NCBI GenBank assembly: GCA_034530615.2
Contig: JAVRCV020000019.1
Span: 1 to 64,000, forward strand
Direction of reading: 5' to 3'
DNA length: 64,000 nt
DNA from: Aulosira sp. ZfuVER01
Lineage (GTDB): Bacteria > Cyanobacteriota > Cyanobacteriia > Cyanobacteriales > Nostocaceae
Shown here: piece after piece, positions 58,147 through 64,000 of the stretch
Numbering within the stretch: the stretch's first letter is position 1
How the letters are laid out: each line of letters starts with the position of its first letter
Made by a program: the position numbers and the translations under genes
The notes under the pieces: model-generated
What the model was told of the DNA's origin: nothing
The model's database searches: none
What the model saw: only the letters and a program-made list of their open reading frames with translations

Positions 58147-58815
58147 GTCTTTAATCCGCTTCGCGGAGTCCACAGTCCATTAGTCTAGAGTCTAGAATTG
58201 TTTGACATTGACTAATGACCAAATGACCAATGCCTAATTGATTTTATGGTGGTCGGTTTTCCGCCTCCTCCCTAGGATGGAAATTAGCGTTAAACCTTCC
58301 ATAAGATATGTTAAGATAAAACTTGACTACAAAGAGGAGTTTGCCACTCACAAGACGCGAGGCAGCTTCCCAAAGTTTTAGGTTTCTCACCTGCGCATCT
58401 TCGTAGGCAAAACCCGATCTGAAGGGTAGCATTACTGCTTGATTAGGCATAGTCGCGAGCGCGATTTCCCTGAGGGTAGCGACTTCTCACAACCAGCCCT
58501 TTGGGCGGCTTCCCGATGGGTAAATTAACAACGCACACGCTGCGGTAATGTAAAATACCAACAGGCGAATTGTTAAAAAACATAACAAGTGTCAAATATA
58601 CCCACGACACTCCATTTTACCCTGGGAAAACGGATTAATAAAAGCATCATAGCATCACCTTAACCTTAACTAAGGTCATAGGTTTGCGGACAGCGACGGG
58701 CAATGCTACTCTTCCACTTGAGTACTGTCCACGTATGGGTGCAGATTAAAACAGAGCCAAGCAAGCGCTGTTTATGTTTGATGAAAAGAAAAAAACGGAA
58801 AATTTTGGCAAAATA

Positions 58816-60135
58816 ATGGGTGACAAGCCAACAATTGCAATTTCTCACCTGGGCTGCGAGAAAAATCGAATTGATACAGAACATATGCTAGGGCTGCTTG
58901 TCAAAGCAGGCTATGGCGTAGATAGTAATGAAGAGTTAGCAGATTACGTTATTGTCAATACCTGTAGTTTTATTGAAGCCGCAAGAGAAGAATCTGTTAA
59001 AACTTTGGTAGAGTTGGCAGAGGCGAATAAAAAAATCGTGATCACTGGCTGTATGGCCCAGCACTTCCAAGAACAATTATTGGAAGAGTTGCCAGAAGCA
59101 GTGGCCGTAGTAGGTACAGGCGATTATCACAAAATTGTAAATGTAATTGAGCGGGTAGAACAAGGGGAACGGGTCAAGCAGGTTAGTATTGAACCAACCT
59201 ATATTGCCGATGAAACTACACCGCGCTACCGCACTACAACCGAAGGCGTAGCTTATCTGCGGGTGGCCGAAGGATGTGATTATCGTTGTGCGTTTTGTAT
59301 TATTCCTCATCTTCGAGGAAACCAACGATCGCGTACTATTGAATCCATTGTCGCTGAAGCCAAGCAGTTAGCTAGTCAAGGGGTACAAGAAATTATTCTG
59401 ATTTCCCAAATCACCACTAATTATGGTTTGGATATTTACGGTAAGCCAAAGTTAGCCGAATTACTCCGCGCTTTGGGAGAAGTAGATGTACCGTGGATCA
59501 GGATGCACTACGCTTATCCCACCGGACTGACACCTGATGTCATAGCAGCGATCCAAGAAATACCGAATGTCCTTCCCTACTTAGATTTGCCTTTACAACA
59601 TTCTCATGGAGAAATTCTCCGCGCCATGAACCGTCCCTGGCAAGGGCAGGTAAATGATGGGATTATTGAGCGCATCAAGTTGGCGCTACCATCTGCGGTG
59701 CTGAGAACAACATTTATTGTTGGTTTTCCAGGAGAAACCGAAGAGCATTTTGAACATCTACTCAAGTTTGTCCAGCGGCACGAATTTGACCATGTGGGCG
59801 TTTTCACCTTTTCTCCCGAAGAGGAAACCCCAGCCTACAAACTGCCAAATCAGTTGCCTCAATTCGTGATGGATGAGCGCCGAAACCGCCTCATGGAACT
59901 CCAACAACCAATTGCTTGGCAAAAGAATCAACAGGAAGTAGGCAAAATTGTTGATGTCCTGATTGAGCAAGAAAATCCTGAAACTGGAGAATTAATTGGT
60001 CGTTCTGCGAGATTTGCCCCCGAAATTGATGGGCAGGTTTATGTGGTAGGCAAGGCCAAGTTAGGAACACTTGTGCCAGTAGAAATCCAAAGTGCTGATA
60101 CATACGACCTCTACGGTCAAATTGTCAATAACTAA
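58816..60135 (+). CDS. rimO: ribosomal protein S12 methylthiotransferase RimO
   Basis: [33 protein letters not shown] (TRAM). Confidence 0.97.
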   Translation: MGDKPTIAISHLGCEKNRIDTEHMLGLLVKAGYGVDSNEELADYVIVNTCSFIEAAREESVKTLVELAEANKKIVITGCMAQHFQEQLLEELPEAVAVVGTGDYHKIVNVIERVEQGERVKQVSIEPTYIADETTPRYRTTTEGVAYLRVAEGCDYRCAFCIIPHLRGNQRSRTIESIVAEAKQLASQGVQEIILISQITTNYGLDIYGKPKLAELLRALGEVDVPWIRMHYAYPTGLTPDVIAAIQEIPNVLPYLDLPLQHSHGEILRAMNRPWQGQVNDGIIERIKLALPSAVLRTTFIVGFPGETEEHFEHLLKFVQRHEFDHVGVFTFSPEEETPAYKLPNQLPQFVMDERRNRLMELQQPIAWQKNQQEVGKIVDVLIEQENPETGELIGRSARFAPEIDGQVYVVGKAKLGTLVPVEIQSADTYDLYGQIVNN

Positions 60136-60184
60136 TTGACTAATGACTAAATCCAAAAATCCAAAACAAAATCTAGGAGAGTTA

Positions 60185-61720
60185 ATGAATCTTTCGTTTC
60201 AAGAACTAGGCATTTCACAAGAACGTGTTGAACAACTAGAGAAAATTGGTTTCACCACACCTACCAATATTCAAACCCAAGCAATTCCCCAACTGCTAGC
60301 GGGTCGTGATGTAGTAGGTCAATCCCAAACAGGAACCGGGAAAACCGCGGCTTTTTCATTACCGATCCTAGAACGGCTAGATGTTAATCAAAGAGCTGTG
60401 CAAGCATTGGTTTTAACTCCAACTCGTGAGTTGGCTATGCAAGTTCACGATGCGATCGCCCAATTTATCGGCAATGAAGGATTGCGGGTGTTAGCAATCT
60501 ATGGTGGACAATCAATTGACCGCCAAATTTTACAACTCAGACGTGGTGTACACATGGTTGTGGGTACACCAGGACGGGTAATCGACTTACTGGATCGGGG
60601 CTGTCTAAAGCTCGATCAAGTCAAGTGGTTTGTGTTGGATGAAGCCGATGAAATGTTGAGCATGGGCTTTATCGATGATGTAATCAAAATTCTGTCCCAA
60701 GCGCCTGAAGATCGCCAAACAGCTTTATTTTCAGCCACAATGCCGCCATCGATTCGGCAATTGGTGAACAAGTTTTTGCGATCGCCTGCGACTGTCACCG
60801 TCGAACAGCCAAAAGCTGCTCCCAATAAAATTAATCAAGTAGCTTACCTAATTCCTCGTCACTGGACAAAAGCTAAAGCTTTACAGCCGATTCTGGAAAT
60901 GGAAGACCCAGAAACAGCTTTGATATTTGTCCGTACCAGACGCACCGCCGCAGAACTCACCAGTCAACTGCAAGCAGCCGGACACAGTGTCGATGAATAC
61001 CACGGTGACTTGTCTCAACAAGCCAGAGAACGCTTACTAAGCCGATTCCGCAATCGTCAGGTGCGCTGGGTAGTAGCCACTGATATTGCCGCCCGGGGAT
61101 TAGATGTAGACCAACTGTCTCATGTGATCAACTACGACTTACCCGATAGCGTAGAAACCTACGTCCACCGCATTGGTCGTACTGGTCGGGCTGGCAAGGA
61201 AGGAACGGCAATTTCTTTAGTACAACCATTTGAGCGTCGCAAGCAACAGATATTTGAACGCCATAACCGCCAAAGTTGGCAATTGCTGTCAATTCCTACA
61301 AGGGCACAAATTGAAGCGCGGCACATCAATAAATTGCAAGAACAGGTAGGAGAAGCTTTAACAGGCGAACGCCTAGCTTCATTTTTACCGATAGTTAGCG
61401 AACTGATCGAAAAATATGATGCTCAAGCGATCGCAGCTGCGGCACTGCAAATCGCTTACGATCAAACTCGTCCTGCTTGGCTAAGTTCAGACATTGAAAT
61501 TCCCCAAGAAGAAAACATCTCTGCTCCCAAACCAAAGTTGGTCAAGCGTCGTGATGCTTCTGGAGAACGCACCCGTTCCAATTGGAGCAAATCAGACAAC
61601 ATTGGTGATGAAGAAAGACGTGGTAGTCCCAAGCCAAAGCTGCGGACAAGCGGTCGTCGTGATGCTGCCCCTGTTAATCACAAGCTAGGTTCATCTACAG
61701 CTAGAGAATCGGCTTCCTAA
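60185..61720 (+). CDS. crhR: DEAD-box RNA helicase (CrhR/CrhB type)
   Basis: TGTGKT, PTRELA, DEAD, SAT, HRIGRTGR; in an operon with rimO. Confidence 0.9.
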   Translation: MNLSFQELGISQERVEQLEKIGFTTPTNIQTQAIPQLLAGRDVVGQSQTGTGKTAAFSLPILERLDVNQRAVQALVLTPTRELAMQVHDAIAQFIGNEGLRVLAIYGGQSIDRQILQLRRGVHMVVGTPGRVIDLLDRGCLKLDQVKWFVLDEADEMLSMGFIDDVIKILSQAPEDRQTALFSATMPPSIRQLVNKFLRSPATVTVEQPKAAPNKINQVAYLIPRHWTKAKALQPILEMEDPETALIFVRTRRTAAELTSQLQAAGHSVDEYHGDLSQQARERLLSRFRNRQVRWVVATDIAARGLDVDQLSHVINYDLPDSVETYVHRIGRTGRAGKEGTAISLVQPFERRKQQIFERHNRQSWQLLSIPTRAQIEARHINKLQEQVGEALTGERLASFLPIVSELIEKYDAQAIAAAALQIAYDQTRPAWLSSDIEIPQEENISAPKPKLVKRRDASGERTRSNWSKSDNIGDEERRGSPKPKLRTSGRRDAAPVNHKLGSSTARESAS

Positions 61721-62068
61721 GTCAAGAGGAGCCAGTCGTGTGTGGGGGTTCCCCCCGTTGAGTAAACTGGTGTTCAAGAGTCAAGAGTCAAGAGTTAGAA
61801 TTGAACTGGAGTCGGTAGAAAGTTGTCTACTATCATCGCTAGCTTGCTAGCCTGGACTTCACAGTTTTGACTTTTGACTTTGGGCTTTGAGCATAATTAA
61901 AGGGTCAACTTTGAATATCGTAAAATAGATTCCTTGCGATTACTACTCTACGAGAAGCCGCTCCGCGTCTACGCTAAACTGCGTTCCGCTCGTAATGATA
62001 TTTAATATCTAATTATTTTGATCTGCTTATTAGTTCTTTTTAAGGTTTACTTGATAAATGATCTGTAA

Positions 62069-62103
62069 AGTTTGAGTTGAAGATTTAAACTTCAACTCAA
62101 ACT
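62069..62103. terminator. perfect 14-bp hairpin after the aldo/keto reductase stop
   Basis: AGTTTGAGTTGAAG-atttaaa-CTTCAACTCAAACT. Confidence 0.65.
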
Positions 62104-62123
62104 AATGATTGCCAACAAAAATC

Positions 62124-63083
62124 CTACAGCCAAGGGCGGCTAACTTTTTCTAACTCGTTAATTTCATCATCGCTCAGTCTCCAACCCAAAGCACCAGCAT
62201 TTTGTTTTACCTGTTGCGCTGTCTTCACGCCAGCAATGGGGATGACATTACCTTGAGCAATTAACCAGTTAAGTGCAACTTGAGCGGGAGTGCGCTGATA
62301 TTTTTCGCCGAATTGTTGTAGCAAAGATATCACGGGCGAAATTTTTTCTAGGCCTTCTTTACTAAATCGTGGATCTATCCTTCTAGCACCAGTAGGGATT
62401 TCATTACTATTCGCGGTGTATTTACCTGTGAGTAATCCCTGAGCTAAAGGGCTATATGCCAAAATTGTTACACCCAACTCACGAGCCGTAGCGAGAATGC
62501 CTTGGCTTTCAATTTGGCGAGACAGCAAGGAGTAACGCACCTGGTTGACAGCCAAAGGTACTCCCCTAGCTGCCAAAATTTGATGAGCTTCTCGCATTTG
62601 TGCTGCTGAGTAATTACTGACACCTACTGTGCCAATTCTACCCCGTTGCACTTCATCTGCTAGGGCGTTCATTAGTGTTTCTTGGCTCAAAAAGAAGGTG
62701 AACGGCCAATGTACTTGATATAGGTCAATTCGCTCTAATTGTAAGCGCTTAAGACTTTCCGTTAACGCATCAGACACAGATTCCCCTGTAAAGCGCCACG
62801 GTAGGGGGCCAAATTTCGTAGCAATTTGCACAGGTTGCTGTGTTTGTTGCAAAAATTCTCCCAAAAACTGTTCGCTAGTTCCGAGTCCGTATACTTCCGC
62901 CGTATCAAAAAAGGTAACGCCAGCCTCTAATGCTGCGGTAAAGGCTTCTTTTAACTGTTCTGGGCCGTAGCCATCGCCATAATTCCAAAATAGTTTATCG
63001 CCCCATGCCCAAGTACCCAGGCAAAGGGGTGTAACAACTGGGCCATTTTTCCCCAAAGAGATGGTTTCCTCGTTTGTCAACAT
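62124..63083 (-). CDS. aldo/keto reductase
   Basis: LGTWAWG, DTAEVYG, IATKF, LYQVHWP, GVSNY, AYSPLAQG. Confidence 0.96.
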   Translation of the reverse strand: MLTNEETISLGKNGPVVTPLCLGTWAWGDKLFWNYGDGYGPEQLKEAFTAALEAGVTFFDTAEVYGLGTSEQFLGEFLQQTQQPVQIATKFGPLPWRFTGESVSDALTESLKRLQLERIDLYQVHWPFTFFLSQETLMNALADEVQRGRIGTVGVSNYSAAQMREAHQILAARGVPLAVNQVRYSLLSRQIESQGILATARELGVTILAYSPLAQGLLTGKYTANSNEIPTGARRIDPRFSKEGLEKISPVISLLQQFGEKYQRTPAQVALNWLIAQGNVIPIAGVKTAQQVKQNAGALGWRLSDDEINELEKVSRPWL

Positions 63084-63091
63084 TTTATTTT

Positions 63092-63109
63092 GTTACATTT
63101 ATTTACATT
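63092..63109. promoter_or_regulatory. HLR1 (RpaB-binding) direct repeat
   Basis: GTTACATT-TA-TTTACATT fits (G/T)TTACA(T/A)(T/A)-N2 x2. Confidence 0.7.
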
Positions 63110-63240
63110 TCTAGTGTATCGTTACAAAAAAACGCTGAGAACAAAAAATAGAGTTATACAAAAGATTTATTTCTTTGGAAGTATGGGTACAATCGCTGAA
63201 CCGAAGAGTTATTCAACTTAATTAGCACCGATTAACACAA

Positions 63241-64000
63241 TCATTTAGTAACACCAAATTTTTTATATTCCCTAATATATTTAAAGGGAAAAGGGATTAC
63301 AGTACTTTGTCCCGTGCGGACAAAATCAACATCCATAGTTGGGAGAAGTTGTCTAAATATTAGTTTTGAGCCATCCACCGCAACGATTTTACGAAGATGA
63401 CAGGCATCCTTGAAAGAAAATTTTACATTTTCTCTTCGGTCTCCAACAAAGTAATAAGCTTCTTTTTCAGTTTCACCAAAATATTTGATGTTGAGAGAAG
63501 CGTCAAACAAGTCCTCTTTGCTTTGGTTATCCTGGGGCAACTTCAATCGGATTTGATATTTATCGAGAAGATAATCTCTAAAATAAGTAGCCTCACTTGT
63601 GATACTGACATCAATCTCCTTATCTACTGTCTTCCTTTTTGTTCCCAAATATTGTGCGATTAAAGACTTGAAATCTACTTTTGATATAGGTTGGCTGCCA
63701 ATTTTTTTCAGTTCCGATGAGAATGATTTCAATTTTTCAACATCAAGGTCAGATGCAGATGGTTCTTGCGAAAATTCTTCAACTATATCAGATAACTCAT
63801 ACCCATTTCGTTTATGTTCGGGAAGTTCAGTTTCGACTTCCTTTAAAATATTTTCAATTTTAGATAAGTTAGGAATACTGATTTCATCAGTTATAAATAT
63901 CTGATTTATATCACCAGTATCAGAAATAACAAGACCTTCTAATGTCTCGATTTTATCTCCTGAGCTAACCTCTATCATAAATTTTCTATATTTATCAAAC
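63241..64000 (-). CDS. 3' part of a large AT-rich gene; C-terminus resembles a divergent PIWI-like domain
   Basis: Frame is open to the window edge (…FDKYRKFM IEV…) and ends AYYFVG…LRKIVAV…LLPTMDVDFVRTGQSTVIPFPFKYIREY. Confidence 0.6.
   Translation of the reverse strand, partial: FDKYRKFMIEVSSGDKIETLEGLVISDTGDINQIFITDEISIPNLSKIENILKEVETELPEHKRNGYELSDIVEEFSQEPSASDLDVEKLKSFSSELKKIGSQPISKVDFKSLIAQYLGTKRKTVDKEIDVSITSEATYFRDYLLDKYQIRLKLPQDNQSKEDLFDASLNIKYFGETEKEAYYFVGDRRENVKFSFKDACHLRKIVAVDGSKLIFRQLLPTMDVDFVRTGQSTVIPFPFKYIREYKKFGVTK

Noticed and set aside
58330..58560. 6S RNA, SRP RNA or riboswitch
   Set aside because: No diagnostic motifs recognised (e.g. no SRP GGAA tetraloop/AGCAG); kept only as an unassigned structured region.

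Overview
Chromosomal window from a heterocyst-forming (Nostocales-type) cyanobacterium. The assignment rests on abundant HIP1 (GCGATCGC), STRR heptamer repeats, REP/MITE-like elements, and psbU, btpA and rimO-crhR. Housekeeping genes include dnaK, a prk paralogue, radC, uppP, tonB/exbB/exbD, nadB, VKOR, rimO and a DEAD-box helicase. Four parts stand out. (i) After radC lies an unexplained module: an 855-aa HTH/helical-repeat protein divergent from a 129-aa protein, then an intrinsic terminator and two small membrane proteins. (ii) A ~14.5-kb putative osmotic/desiccation signalling island is bracketed by two OrrA-like NarL regulators. It carries a CHASE3 hybrid kinase, orphan CheR/CheB, an lti2-like GH13 enzyme, CsbD, a TA pair and two unannotated pseudogene relics, and a TCTATC-N4-GATAGA-like palindrome recurs in its promoters. 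(iii) A nested MITE/REP insertion has a 9-bp target-site duplication. (iv) At the right edge is the AT-rich 3' end of a gene whose C-terminus resembles a divergent PIWI/Argonaute fold. No rRNA, tRNA, CRISPR array or intact transposase was seen. All family assignments are from motif recognition by eye, with no database searches.
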